DNA of 60,297 nucleotides, counting the filler, from a candidate division TA06 bacterium SM23_40 (GTDB taxonomy: Bacteria; LJUI01; SM1-40), in NCBI GenBank assembly GCA_001303705.1. It is 7 parts of 7 records of this genome, joined end to end, with 100 filler letters (N's around TTAATTAATTAA, not from the genome) between each part and the next. Parts side by side here need not be neighbours in the genome. Positions count along the whole stretch, not along the records: positions 1 to 6,217 come from LJUI01000145.1; positions 6,318 to 14,636 come from LJUI01000146.1; 5 more parts are not named here. One strand, written 5' to 3'. Both the position numbers and the translations under genes were made by a program. Shown piece after piece: positions 1 through 9,344 of this stretch; position 1 is the stretch's first letter, and each line of letters opens with the position of its first letter. The notes below the pieces were generated by a model. That model ran no database searches. It saw only the letters and a list, made by a program, of their open reading frames with translations, and was not told where the DNA came from.

Positions 1-577
1 GCGTATCCGTCGGCGTGTGAGAGGGGGTATATGTACGCGTCACTGTCGGTGTACGGGTGGGCGTGGGCGTCTTCAGCGGCGTCGGCGTCGCCTTCATCTG
101 CCGACCTGGCTGGTTGGCGATCACCGTTGCCATCTGGATCGTGTCCGACATCGCCCCTGGATCCTGAAGCGGCCAGATCACCCGCACCACCACCTGCCGG
201 GCCGTCCCCGCCGCTCCGATATCACTCACATAGCGCTCCACCTGGAACCGATCGAGAAACGGAGAATCGAGGTAGAAGTAGCTCGAATCGGGAAGATACC
301 CGGTGTTGTCGCCCGTCTGCGTGAACCCCACGATGTTGTTCAGGCCGGGATACCCGCCCTGCTTCACGCTCTCGATCACCTCCTGGGCGAGCTTGGTGGC
401 GACCTGGCGATCCCGCGTCACGCTCGTCGTCCGCAACCCGGTGGAGAAGAAGACGACCGTCCCCAAAATGATAAATGCCAGGATCACGAGCGCGACGATC
501 ACCTCGATCAGCGTGAACCCGGCAGATCTGTAGCGGCCCCGATGCAGCGGGCTGTACCCCCCGTACGCCTCCTGCAT
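1..577 (-). CDS. Prepilin-type (PilV/GspI-like) minor pilin with Thr/Pro-rich C-terminal linker; 3'-truncated at window edge
   Basis: Absent from the ORF track because it has no stop. Manual translation from ATG 577 gives MQEAYGGYSPLHRGRYRSAG|FTLIEVIVALVILAF (class III signal, G|FxxxE). AGGAG RBS upstream; tail TPTPLKTPTPTRTPTVT. Confidence 0.85.
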   Translation of the reverse strand, partial: MQEAYGGYSPLHRGRYRSAGFTLIEVIVALVILAFIILGTVVFFSTGLRTTSVTRDRQVATKLAQEVIESVKQGGYPGLNNIVGFTQTGDNTGYLPDSSYFYLDSPFLDRFQVERYVSDIGAAGTARQVVVRVIWPLQDPGAMSDTIQMATVIANQPGRQMKATPTPLKTPTPTRTPTVTRTYTPSHTPTDT

Positions 578-682
578 GATCGGCTCCTGTTGTCTTGACC
601 TCTACAGCCCCACCACACTCCCACCTCGCACCCCACGTCATCACACCCCTCCAAATCCGACCCCTGTCAACTACATGTATAT

Positions 683-711
683 AGATTACCAAAAAGTGCG
701 CGTCCCGTCAA
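683..711 (-). promoter_or_regulatory. Putative sigma70 promoter for the PilV-like gene
   Basis: TTGACG-17 bp-TAATCT on the minus strand in an AT-rich patch ~105 bp upstream of ATG 577. Confidence 0.45.
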
Positions 712-1119
712 CAGCAAAATCGTAGTGCTTTTCTGGAAGACGCTGTGCACGAAGAGGTTGTATGTTCTACCGCGTCCTCTGGTCACAACGATAGGACACG
801 GCGCTCCCGCCAGCCCGGGTGCTGGCAGCTTGCTGCCGCGGGCGTGCGTATCGGCACGCGCTCCGACTCCCACATTCCAGCGCGGCCCAAAGAGACCGCA
901 CCTCCCTGCCGACCTGTCTCGGGCGCCGCGCTGCCCTGCGGTTGATCGATCCAAGAAAAACCTTACCGAGATGATCGGACATATCTCGGCAGATCCCGGG
1001 AGCCGATACATCCCGATGCAGGAACAGGAAGAGCACCGGCTGGAGAAGACTGAAGGGAGGGAGCCGCCAGAGCAGAACGAAGAGGGCGGCTCCCCATTTG
1101 AAGGTCGGAATAGCCAGGC

Positions 1120-1148
1120 AAAAGAGAGGTCACAAAGACCTCTCTTTT
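1120..1148. terminator. Intrinsic terminator (possibly bidirectional) after PilX-like copy B
   Basis: AAAAGAGAGGTC-acaaa-GACCTCTCTTTT, a perfect inverted repeat with A/T tails. Confidence 0.75.
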
Positions 1149-1255
1149 CTCGTTGTGCGCCGCCCGATCTGGAAGATAGGCGTACCGGGCGGCGCGATGG
1201 AACGTTTCCGGAAGTCTGGCATTCGGCCAGAGCCGGTGCCTCCCCGTCCAGTGGA

Positions 1256-2986
1256 CTAGGTCACCGGCAGTACCCGCCAGCTTCCCGGATAGAGATAGAC
1301 GATCCGCGGCAGGGCCGGCAGCTTGACCCGCGTGAGATTCTCGTCGTAGTTGTACGATCGGCGGCCGTACGCCCGGGACAGCTCAGGCGTCTCATACGAG
1401 GCAATGCCTCCGACGAGGGTGAACTTCCGATCCCACGAGGAGATCCACTCAGGCAGGTGGACGTGCTGCCCGCGGAAGACACCGTTCTCACTGACGATCT
1501 GTGCACTCATCACCAGCGTGTCAGGAGCCGCCGGAATACCCAGGTACTCATACCTTTGATCCGCGATGACGATATCGTCCGTGGCGAAGAGCCCGAGCCC
1601 ACAGGGCCGTTCTTTCGTCTCCGGCGGCCTCACTGGTGGCTCCGTGTTGTAGTCCACATCCGAATACTTGATATCGCCGTTGATCAGGATTTTGCCCTGC
1701 CAATCGGAAACAACATCAGTGCCGCTGCAGATCGAGAGCCTGCCGTCGACCATGATGTCTCCCACGACAGCCACTCCATCATCGATGAAGAGTACGCCGC
1801 CCTCTTCCGCGGTACTGGGGGGACGGTAGTTCTGGGGAACAGCCTGGTAGGCGTAGCGCTCGCTCAGGGGAGTGTGCAAGGTGTCAAGCGCCGTGAGCGT
1901 GATCGTGCTCTCGGCCCCCTCGCGGCGCACCCACCACTTCTGCCATGTACCGGAACCGACTTCGCGTTCGATCACTCTGAGCGTATCCTCGGGGTTGGGA
2001 CCGGTCGACTGTATGAAGCTCTGTGCCCAGAGAGCGGACTCAGACAGCTCCCCAAACCAGAGACCATAGGCGTGATTTTCGCTCCAGCGGTCAAACCGCT
2101 GCACCCCACCGCCATAGTAGCCGCTGTCCGGATCGCCGCCGGTCGCCTGCATGAACGGTCCCTCGCTGCTCAGGTCGATATAAGGCATGGGCAGGACTGC
2201 AGTGCGCATGAACGAAGGAGTGGCGGTCGACACGATCCGGCCGTCGCTGGGCCCGGTATACGGATAGATCGAACCGCCGAAACTCGGAACGTCCACAGAG
2301 CTGGCCGTGGCATTGAGACGAATGGTATCATTCTCGCCGGGAACGGGACTGTAGTTATTGACCGAGAGGAGGGCATTGGAGTGGATCTTGCCGTGCCAGA
2401 CTCCTCCATTGACCAGGGTCAGATCGCCACCGGTGTACAGCACGTAGTCGCTGGGAGAGACGGTGACGACGAGTGCGAACAGACGCCTCGCATAGTCCGG
2501 ATCGGGAGAACCGTCGCGCATCCGGATGTTCCCGGTCCTGTCGAGCTTGTATCCCGTGCAGACGATGCCGATCCGCTTCATCCCGTCAGCATCATAACCC
2601 AGCGGTATACCCTGGAGCACCTCCTGCGGGGACAGATTCTGGTCCAGAGAATCTACACCAGTATGGATATCGAGGACGTATGCCGCTACGTTTTGTCCCG
2701 TCTGTGGATCACCGAGGACGACCGGATCGGTGGGGTTGGCATAACCATCCCACTCTACGTCCTGGATGAGATGCCGGATCACATCCTGGAGCCCGGCATC
2801 CGCAGCCTCAAGCGCAACGTCCCTGCCCGTGGCCTGAGCCGTGCGCTGCAATTCGTAGGGAATATAGGCGAGGAATGTCGCGCCCAACAGGGCGACGAGC
2901 ATGGTGAGCATGAGAGCGATGACGAGGATGAATCCCCCTTCGGCTCGCTCCGGCGCTCCTTGGGTACCTCTGCGATCGATCCTCAT
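1256..2986 (-). CDS. PilX/GspK-like large minor pilin, copy B (576 aa)
   Basis: EGG|FILVIALMLTMLVALLG prepilin signal lacking Glu5 (PilX/GspK hallmark); AxxAADAG motif; GGAGG RBS; full-length paralog of 4016-5752. Confidence 0.8.
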   Translation of the reverse strand: MRIDRRGTQGAPERAEGGFILVIALMLTMLVALLGATFLAYIPYELQRTAQATGRDVALEAADAGLQDVIRHLIQDVEWDGYANPTDPVVLGDPQTGQNVAAYVLDIHTGVDSLDQNLSPQEVLQGIPLGYDADGMKRIGIVCTGYKLDRTGNIRMRDGSPDPDYARRLFALVVTVSPSDYVLYTGGDLTLVNGGVWHGKIHSNALLSVNNYSPVPGENDTIRLNATASSVDVPSFGGSIYPYTGPSDGRIVSTATPSFMRTAVLPMPYIDLSSEGPFMQATGGDPDSGYYGGGVQRFDRWSENHAYGLWFGELSESALWAQSFIQSTGPNPEDTLRVIEREVGSGTWQKWWVRREGAESTITLTALDTLHTPLSERYAYQAVPQNYRPPSTAEEGGVLFIDDGVAVVGDIMVDGRLSICSGTDVVSDWQGKILINGDIKYSDVDYNTEPPVRPPETKERPCGLGLFATDDIVIADQRYEYLGIPAAPDTLVMSAQIVSENGVFRGQHVHLPEWISSWDRKFTLVGGIASYETPELSRAYGRRSYNYDENLTRVKLPALPRIVYLYPGSWRVLPVT

Positions 2987-3051
2987 AGTCTCTGCCTCCT
3001 TGGTTCCACTTTCTATGCCAGTTCGTCATTTCGCTACCATCCCTACTCATA

Positions 3052-3068
3052 AGCAAGAAGCATACCAA
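3052..3068 (-). promoter_or_regulatory. Putative sigma54 (-24/-12) promoter for PilX-like copy B
   Basis: TTGGTATGCTTCTTGCT on the minus strand = GG-N10-GC, close to the YTGGCACGNNNNTTGCW consensus; 66 bp upstream of the ATG. Confidence 0.55.
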
Positions 3069-3149
3069 TCAGGGCCAACAAACAGCCCCGAAAATCCCCT
3101 CTGAACGGCCCTGGAACGCAGGTCTGCACGACCCACGCCGCGCGCTCTC

Positions 3150-3164
3150 GTGTCGGTGCGACAC
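3150..3164. promoter_or_regulatory. Palindrome, candidate enhancer-binding-protein site
   Basis: GTGTCG-gtg-CGACAC perfect inverted repeat ~80-95 bp upstream of the -24 element, the usual position of a sigma54 activator site. Confidence 0.35.
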
Positions 3165-3190
3165 TATGTTACAGTCGGCCTCCATTTCGG

Positions 3191-3425
3191 TACACCGGAT
3201 CGCACTGCCACACCACACCGGGTTTGCTCGCCCGACTGCATCGGCACACCCCGCTGCGGTACTACCGCAGACTGCAGTAGCACACAGGACTGCAGTAGCA
3301 CACGGGACTGTAGTAGCATACCGACGTGGGTCGACACACCGGAGTGCACTGAGCCACCGGGCCTGACTGGCAATCTCAGTGCGGCGGCACACCAGACAGC
3401 ACTGGCACGCCAGACTGCAGGCACC
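3191..3425. repeat. Degenerate 18-bp tandem repeat, ~13 units, consensus CACACCGGACTGCAGTAG
   Basis: Units read directly, e.g. taccgcagactgcagtag / cacacaggactgcagtag / cacacgggactgtagtag. Confidence 0.75.
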
Positions 3426-3568
3426 TCCTGCAACGAGGGAAGACCGCTCTCGCGGCCTCCATCCCGAGCCCCACGACGCGTATTTCCCCCCCTGCCGAAC
3501 GAGAGTCTGGAGAGTGACAAATAATGGAAGAGATCTCGGCGGATCTCACACAGCCCGCGCAGCCGGTG

Positions 3569-3826
3569 CGCCGGAGCGAGGTGATCCGCCGGAACAGCGG
3601 CCATGCGGCGACGCAAAGGTCGTGCGCCGGCGCGGGAGTCATACGCCCATGCAGGGGTCATGGATTGGGGTAGGATCGTACGCCGGAACAGGGTAAGCCG
3701 CCGAACCAGGGTCATGCGCCGCAGCAGGTCTGGGCGCCGGAGCAGGGTCCGACGCTCGTGCAGAAGTCGGACGCCGGAACAGGATCGTGGGCTGGAGCAG
3801 CGTCACGCGCCGGAGCAAGGACCCGG
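3569..3826. repeat. Degenerate 18-19-bp tandem repeat, ~14 units, consensus CGCCGGAGCAGGGTCATG
   Basis: Recurring cgccggaRcagg at 18-19-bp spacing, e.g. cgccggaacagggtaagc / cgccgaaccagggtcatg / cgccggagcagggtccga. Confidence 0.7.
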
Positions 3827-3873
3827 CGGGCAGTCCAACCAGAGGTAGGCCGCTCGTTGCAGGCCCCGATCAC

Positions 3874-3908
3874 AAAAGAAAAGAGAGGTCGTGAAGACCT
3901 CTCCTTCT
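3874..3908 (-). terminator. Intrinsic terminator after PilX-like copy A
   Basis: GAGAGGTC-gtgaa-GACCTCTC stem with adjacent A-run (U-tract on minus); same stem as 1120-1148. Confidence 0.7.
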
Positions 3909-4015
3909 CGTTGCTCATCGCCAAATCACGAAGACGGCTTGGTGGCTGTGGGCCTTATGTACCTGCTTCGCGAACGCCGGGCGTCGGCCGGAACCGGTGC
4001 TCCTCCATCGACGGA

Positions 4016-5752
4016 CTACGACATCGGCAGAATCCGCCAGCTCCCCGGATAGAGATAGACGATCCGCGGCAGGGCCGGCAGTTTCACCCGATTCAGATTC
4101 AAGTCGTAGTTGTAGAATCGGCGCCCATATGCGCGCGACAGCTCGGGTGTTCTGTACGAACAGATCGCTCCCACGAGCGTGAATTTTCGATCCGCTGCGG
4201 GGCAATTGACCGGCAAATCGTTGTACAGAGCGCGGAAGACGCCCTGCTCGGTGATGATCTGAGCACTGACCGTCAGGGTGTCGTCGGCGCAGGGGATGCC
4301 GAATTGCTGGAACTGCTTGTCGGCGATAAATATCCTGTCCGTGGCGAAGAGCCCCAGCCCGCACGGCCTCTCCTTCGTCTCCGGCGGCGTTGTGGGCGGA
4401 TCTGTGCTGTAGTCGACGTCCGAATACTTGATGTCGCCATCGATCAGGATGGAACCCTTCCAGTGCGAGGGAGCGTCGGTCCCGGAGACGATGGAGACGC
4501 GGCCGTCGACCATGACGTTACCCACTACTGCGGTTCCGTCGTGGACGAAGAGCACGCATCCCTCTTCCGCCGGATTGTCGGGATGCCAGTTCACCGGCAC
4601 CTGCCTGTAGCCATATGACTCGTCGAGGGGATTGTACACGCTGTCGATCGCGGTGACGCTGATGAAGCTGTTCTGACCGTGACCTTCACGCTGCACCCAC
4701 CACTTCTTCCACACTCCCGACCCGACCTCCCGCTCGATGACCCTGATCGTGTCCTCGGGATTGGGGCCCGTCGATTGTATGAAGCTCTGTGCGAAGAAGT
4801 CAGTATCGGAGACCTCACCGAACCAGAGCCCGTGGTCGGAGTTGGTGCTCCAACGGTCGAATCGCTCCACGTGGCCGTTGTAGTACCCGCTGTCCGGATC
4901 GCCGTGTGTCGCCTGCATGAACGGACCATCCGGGCTCAGATCGAGATAGGGCATCGGCAGCACCGTCGTGTTGATGAACGGAGGGCTGGCAGTCGATACG
5001 ATCCGGGGATCGTTCGGCCCGGTGTACGGGTAGTGGCTCCCGCCGAAATCGGGCGGCGTGGGAGAGCTGACCGGAGCATTGAGATAGATCGTATCGTTGA
5101 GTCCGGGGACGGTACTGTAATTGTTGATGTTGATCTGCTCATTTGCGTGGATCTTGCCGTTCCACGTCCCTCCATTGACGATCGTGAGCCACCCACCGGT
5201 GAACAGCACGTAGTCGCTCGGAGAGAGGGTAACGACGAGGGCGAACACGCGCCTGGCGTAGTTGGGATCGGGAGAGCCGCCTTTCATCCGGATGTTGCCC
5301 TCCTGCGTCAGCTTATATCCGGTGCTGATGACCCCGATCCGCTTCATCCCGGTCAGGTCGTATCCGAGCTGTATGCCCTGCAGGGTCTCCGGCGGTGAGA
5401 CGTTCCTGTCGTACTGATCAACCCCGGTATGGACGTCCAGGGTGAATGCCGAGATGATCTTCCCGGATTCCGGATCGGTGAGCACGACCGGATCGTCCGG
5501 GTTCTCGTACCCATCCCATCGCGCATCCTGGATGAGATTCTGAATCACATCCTGGAACCCGGCATCAGCGGCCTCGATGGCTACGTCCCGCCCGGTGGCC
5601 TCGTCCGTACGCTGAAGCTCGAACGGAACGTAGGCGAGGAACGCCGCGCCGAGTAGGGCGATGAGCATGGTGAGCATGAGGGCCACGACGAGGATGAATC
5701 CTCCTTCGCCCTGGTCCCGGGCTCGCTGCTTGAGAGTGAAACGCGTCTTCAT
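4016..5752 (-). CDS. PilX/GspK-like large minor pilin, copy A (578 aa)
   Basis: EGG|FILVVALMLTMLIALLG signal without Glu5; GAGGAGG RBS; colinear paralog of 1256-2986. Confidence 0.8.
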   Translation of the reverse strand: MKTRFTLKQRARDQGEGGFILVVALMLTMLIALLGAAFLAYVPFELQRTDEATGRDVAIEAADAGFQDVIQNLIQDARWDGYENPDDPVVLTDPESGKIISAFTLDVHTGVDQYDRNVSPPETLQGIQLGYDLTGMKRIGVISTGYKLTQEGNIRMKGGSPDPNYARRVFALVVTLSPSDYVLFTGGWLTIVNGGTWNGKIHANEQININNYSTVPGLNDTIYLNAPVSSPTPPDFGGSHYPYTGPNDPRIVSTASPPFINTTVLPMPYLDLSPDGPFMQATHGDPDSGYYNGHVERFDRWSTNSDHGLWFGEVSDTDFFAQSFIQSTGPNPEDTIRVIEREVGSGVWKKWWVQREGHGQNSFISVTAIDSVYNPLDESYGYRQVPVNWHPDNPAEEGCVLFVHDGTAVVGNVMVDGRVSIVSGTDAPSHWKGSILIDGDIKYSDVDYSTDPPTTPPETKERPCGLGLFATDRIFIADKQFQQFGIPCADDTLTVSAQIITEQGVFRALYNDLPVNCPAADRKFTLVGAICSYRTPELSRAYGRRFYNYDLNLNRVKLPALPRIVYLYPGSWRILPMS

Positions 5753-5815
5753 GATCTTTACCTCCTCATACAGGACCCGATACCCCGTGTGGGTGTGCGG
5801 GCCTGGAGGTCCTGT

Positions 5816-6217
5816 TCAGTTTCGTATGGCTGCTCGGGTTATTACGTGCATCCGCCCTCCGATATCCTGGCTACCACCCATCCGCCGTTGACGCTTCTCT
5901 GATTGGGCCGTTACTTCGATGATCATTCCCGTCTCTGCCGGTGTCGTATACGGCGCCGTTCCCCCCTGAAACTCGGGAAGATCGAACTGAACCGCCACCA
6001 CGTGCTCCAATACCACTCGCCTGATGGTCCGAGTCCCCGAACGCAAACTGTCAACCTCGATCAGCTTGAAGTTGTCCGGATCCGTCCTGTCCACGTAGTA
6101 GGTCATCCGATGTATGTGGTCATCACTAACATACTGCGTCACATCGAGCCCCGGATCGAGCATATAGAACCGAAACGAATTCGATGAATCCGAATGCCAC
6201 GTGTCGCGAAGCGGATA
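5816..6217 (-). CDS. PilW/GspJ-like minor pilin, C-terminal part (5'-truncated)
   Basis: Frame is open to the contig end; C-terminus ...VITRAAIRN is typical of PilW/GspJ-like proteins; lies directly upstream of a PilX-like gene. Confidence 0.55.
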   Translation of the reverse strand, partial: YPLRDTWHSDSSNSFRFYMLDPGLDVTQYVSDDHIHRMTYYVDRTDPDNFKLIEVDSLRSGTRTIRRVVLEHVVAVQFDLPEFQGGTAPYTTPAETGMIIEVTAQSEKRQRRMGGSQDIGGRMHVITRAAIRN

Positions 6218-6317
6218 NNNNNNNNNNNNNNNNNNNNNNNNNNNNNNNNNNNNNNNNNNNNTTAATTAATTAANNNNNNNNNNNNNNNNNNNNNNNNNNN
6301 NNNNNNNNNNNNNNNNN
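6218..6317. other. Artificial contig linker
   Basis: N44-TTAATTAATTAA-N44, stops in all six frames. Confidence 0.98.
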
Positions 6318-6318
6318 G

Positions 6319-6765
6319 ACTGCGAACGGCTTCGACAATCTCGTGACGACGCAGCTCTCGGCTGTGGCGCTCGCCGCGGCGCGGATCCAGATGGTGGGCT
6401 TCCGGGGTGACCAGGCGGAGCGGATCCAGGTTGTGCCGGACCAGATTCTCGGGCCGCCGGATCTCTATGAGACGGCTTACGAGATCATCGCGTCGTCTGG
6501 CAAGGTCGATACGGCGGATAACAACCGTAACGTCCATGAGGGCAAGTACACCTTCATCGAGTGGAACTACCTGCCGGATACCAACAACTGGTTCCTGATG
6601 GATTCCACGATGAGGCGCAACATGCTCTTCTGGGTGGATCGGACCCCGCTCGAGTTTGGCATGATCGAGGACTTCGACACCTTCACGGCCAAGTGGCGTG
6701 CCTACATGCGCTACGCATACGCGCACGTCAACTGGCGGTGGATTCTCGGAGCCCAGGTCTCCTAG
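6319..6765 (+). CDS. Major capsid protein C-terminus (HK97 fold, Mu gpT-like); 5'-truncated
   Basis: WNYLPDTNNWFL...EDFDTFTAKWRAYMRYAYAHVNWRWILG matches the DFDT..K....RY....WR..G ending of gpT-like capsids. Confidence 0.75.
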   Translation, partial: TANGFDNLVTTQLSAVALAAARIQMVGFRGDQAERIQVVPDQILGPPDLYETAYEIIASSGKVDTADNNRNVHEGKYTFIEWNYLPDTNNWFLMDSTMRRNMLFWVDRTPLEFGMIEDFDTFTAKWRAYMRYAYAHVNWRWILGAQVS

Positions 6766-6767
6766 CG

Positions 6768-6956
6768 ATGGCGAACAGGTTTCACAACAAGATGCCCAAG
6801 CGCAAGGGTGCACCGACCGGGAAGCCGGAGGGCAGGATCCCGAAGATCGTCGAGAAGACGGCGGCTTGGCCCGGCGTGCCGGGCAAGACGCAGCCCCGGG
6901 ACCGCTCTGCTGGAGTCAAGAAGGTCAAGCAGTCAATGCGCTCGGAGGGCATCTAG
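6768..6956 (+). CDS. Small basic phage protein (62 aa)
   Basis: ATG 2 nt after the capsid stop; Lys/Arg-rich MANRFHNKMPKRKG... Confidence 0.6.
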   Translation: MANRFHNKMPKRKGAPTGKPEGRIPKIVEKTAAWPGVPGKTQPRDRSAGVKKVKQSMRSEGI

Positions 6957-7033
6957 ACGGGTAAGCGGAGGTGCGATTCCTCCGGGCAGCCGCTGGGTCA
7001 CGGCTCATCGGGTGTTCCTAGAAGGAGATAGTG

Positions 7034-7903
7034 ATGGGTTTGACACACTACCCGCATGGGGTTGCCAGCTTTGGTATGCCGGTGCTCGGCATGGGCGAGG
7101 AGACGATGACGACGGGCAACGTCTTCTTCGTCGACTCGGGTGCGGCAAACGCCTCGGATGGCAATAGGGCGACCTCGCCGGACGCCCCGGCAGCGACGAT
7201 CGACGGCTGCATCGCGAAATGCACGGCCAACAACGGCGACATCATCTTTGTCATGCCGGGCCATGACGAGAATCCGACCTCCAGCATTACGATGGATATC
7301 GCGGGCGTCTGGATCCGCGGCCTCGGCTGGGGTGCGGATCGGCCCACCGTGACCTTCGGGGCTGCGGCTGCCTGTGTCGCGATGTCGGCTGCGAGCTGCC
7401 GGGTCTCGAATATCCGCTTCGATCTCGGCACGGTGGCTCATGCCACGAGCCAGTTCAACACGATCATCAATGCGGATACCAGTGCGACGAGGCTGGTCGT
7501 CAGAAACAACAGGTTTTTGACTCTTACGACGGATACGGGTACGACGACCGGATTTGAGCTCAATGGCTGTGACCAGATCCAGATCTACAACAATCTGATC
7601 TTCGGCAACTTCAGCGCTGACGCGATCGACAACGATACGGACGAGATCCTCGATGCATTCGTCTTCAACAACATCATCAGGAATACCTCGATCACGGGCG
7701 AGTGCTTCGATATGGATGCCAATGCGACGGGAATCTTCGTCAGCAACCATTTTGGTGGAGGCTTGAACTACGAAGCCAATGTGACTGGTGGTCTTACCGC
7801 TGGAGCTACTGCCATCATGTACTCCGACAACTGGATGTGGGACAGCACGGCTGGTGGTGGCAAGAGCGGCGGTATCTTCCCGGTGGCAAGGCTGACATCG
7901 TAA
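7034..7903 (+). CDS. Phage virion protein with parallel beta-helix (head decoration/fibre-like)
   Basis: AAGGAG RBS; FFVDSG...TIDGCIAKC...GDIIFVMPGH pectin-lyase-like start; repeated NNxF/I strands; position after the capsid gene. Confidence 0.65.
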   Translation: MGLTHYPHGVASFGMPVLGMGEETMTTGNVFFVDSGAANASDGNRATSPDAPAATIDGCIAKCTANNGDIIFVMPGHDENPTSSITMDIAGVWIRGLGWGADRPTVTFGAAAACVAMSAASCRVSNIRFDLGTVAHATSQFNTIINADTSATRLVVRNNRFLTLTTDTGTTTGFELNGCDQIQIYNNLIFGNFSADAIDNDTDEILDAFVFNNIIRNTSITGECFDMDANATGIFVSNHFGGGLNYEANVTGGLTAGATAIMYSDNWMWDSTAGGGKSGGIFPVARLTS

Positions 7904-7966
7904 GAGCGTTGATGGCACATACTCGAGGAGAGCCTCTGATCGGATTCTTCTAGAAGCGTGAATCGT

Positions 7967-8653
7967 ATGATAGACAGCGTTCTCATACTCGGCTGTGCAA
8001 CCAGTACGATTCATCAGGCTCCCGTCAACAGGCGTCGTACCGAGATCTGGACGGTCGCCTCCTTCATTGAGCTTCATCCGAGAGCAGCGTCGCTGATCAG
8101 CCGCTGGTTCGATCTCCACCATGAGCCCGAGAAGAAGCATCCGCAGTGGTGGGCCTGGGCGCTCGAGAGGCAGCCAAGCTGCATCTTGATCGAGAAGCGC
8201 GATGAGCTGGTAAACTCGCAGGCGTATCCCATCGATGAGATGAGGAAGAGGTTTGGCAGCTACTTTACGTCTTCCATCTCCTACATGCTGGCCCTGGCGA
8301 TCGCGCGTCGAGCGAAGTGGATCGGGATCTATGGTGTCGATATGGCATGCGGCTCTGAATACTACTATCAGCGTGCTTGCTGTGAGTTTCTGATTGGGAT
8401 AGCGAGGGGCTCAGGCATCGAGGTTGAGATCCCTGACGAGTCGTTCTTGCTCAGATCGCGCTGGCTCTATGGATACGATGACGGTCGACCAGTCACGGAG
8501 AGTGAAAGGATGATCGAGGAGATGTCGATCTGGCGTGCCGAGGCGCTGGCTCTTCGTGCGATGATCCCAGAGGAGAATAGGCCGAAGCCGCCGCCGAATG
8601 CGGTCAGGTTTGTTGAAGAGATGCAAGCGCTTAGAAGTGGTATTGATGCGTAG
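7967..8653 (+). CDS. Phage protein, putative sialyltransferase/MAF-like glycosyltransferase fold, copy 1
   Basis: VLILG start, FTSSISYMLALA, IGIYGVDM...EY..QR motif reminiscent of the I-x-L-x-G-x-D motif of GT29/GT42/DUF115-like proteins. Alternative GTG start at 7958. Function is inference. Confidence 0.55.
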   Translation: MIDSVLILGCATSTIHQAPVNRRRTEIWTVASFIELHPRAASLISRWFDLHHEPEKKHPQWWAWALERQPSCILIEKRDELVNSQAYPIDEMRKRFGSYFTSSISYMLALAIARRAKWIGIYGVDMACGSEYYYQRACCEFLIGIARGSGIEVEIPDESFLLRSRWLYGYDDGRPVTESERMIEEMSIWRAEALALRAMIPEENRPKPPPNAVRFVEEMQALRSGIDA

Positions 8654-9344
8654 AGATGTAAACGACGCTCTGATTATCGGATGTGCGTCGAGCACGGTAC
8701 GGTCTTCTCCTGTCAGGAGACCGAACACGGAAATCTGGACCGTGACGTCGTTGATCGATCAGTATCCGAGAGCCGCTCAGTCCGTGGACCTCTGGTTCGA
8801 TATGCATGAGAAGCCAGAGGAGAAGCATCCCAAGTGGTGGATATGGGCGCTCGAGAACCAGCCGAGATGTATGCTTCTGAAGCAACGCGATGAGCTGGTG
8901 AATTCCAGGGCTTATCCAGTCGATGAGATCATCTCTCGATTTGGCTTATACTTCACCTCCTCCGTCTCGTACATGCTGGCTCTGGCGATTGCCCGTGGTG
9001 CCAGATGGATTGGTCTCTACGGAATCGATATGGCATGTGGCTCGGAGTATTACCATCAGCGTGCCTGCTGCGAGTATCTGATTGGCCTCGCTGTCGGTAG
9101 CGGCATCACGGTCGATATCCCAAAGGACTCGGCCCTTCTCAAATCCCGCTGGCTCTACGGCTATGACGAGGATAGGCCGACGACCGAGAATGAGAGGCTC
9201 ATTGAGGAGATGTCGATCTGGAGGGCGGAGGCGTTGGCCCTGAGAAGGCTCGTGCCGGAGGATCAGAGACCTAAGCTGACACAGGCGACGGCGAAGATGA
9301 TTGAAGAGCTGAATCTTGAACATGCTTCGGCGGTGTCGAGATGA
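8646..9344 (+). CDS. Phage protein, putative glycosyltransferase-like, copy 2 (tandem paralog)
   Basis: Colinear and highly similar to 7967-8653 (FTSSVSYMLALAIAR, IGLYGIDMACGSEYYHQRACCE); overlaps the upstream stop. Confidence 0.55.
   Translation: MRRDVNDALIIGCASSTVRSSPVRRPNTEIWTVTSLIDQYPRAAQSVDLWFDMHEKPEEKHPKWWIWALENQPRCMLLKQRDELVNSRAYPVDEIISRFGLYFTSSVSYMLALAIARGARWIGLYGIDMACGSEYYHQRACCEYLIGLAVGSGITVDIPKDSALLKSRWLYGYDEDRPTTENERLIEEMSIWRAEALALRRLVPEDQRPKLTQATAKMIEELNLEHASAVSR

Noticed and set aside
725-3052. 775-aa plus-strand ORF (also 17-598, 3758-4618, 54440-55993, 6998-8140 and similar)
   Set aside because: Antisense shadows of well-supported genes in GC-rich DNA; no recognisable motifs.
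3191-3826. CRISPR array or repeat-protein ORFs (3150-3524, 3164-3715)
   Set aside because: Contiguous degenerate units without unique spacers, no cas genes; unit lengths vary out of frame and no clear RBS.
6966-6984. tRNA gene
   Set aside because: Only a T-arm-like hairpin; no acceptor, D or anticodon arms.
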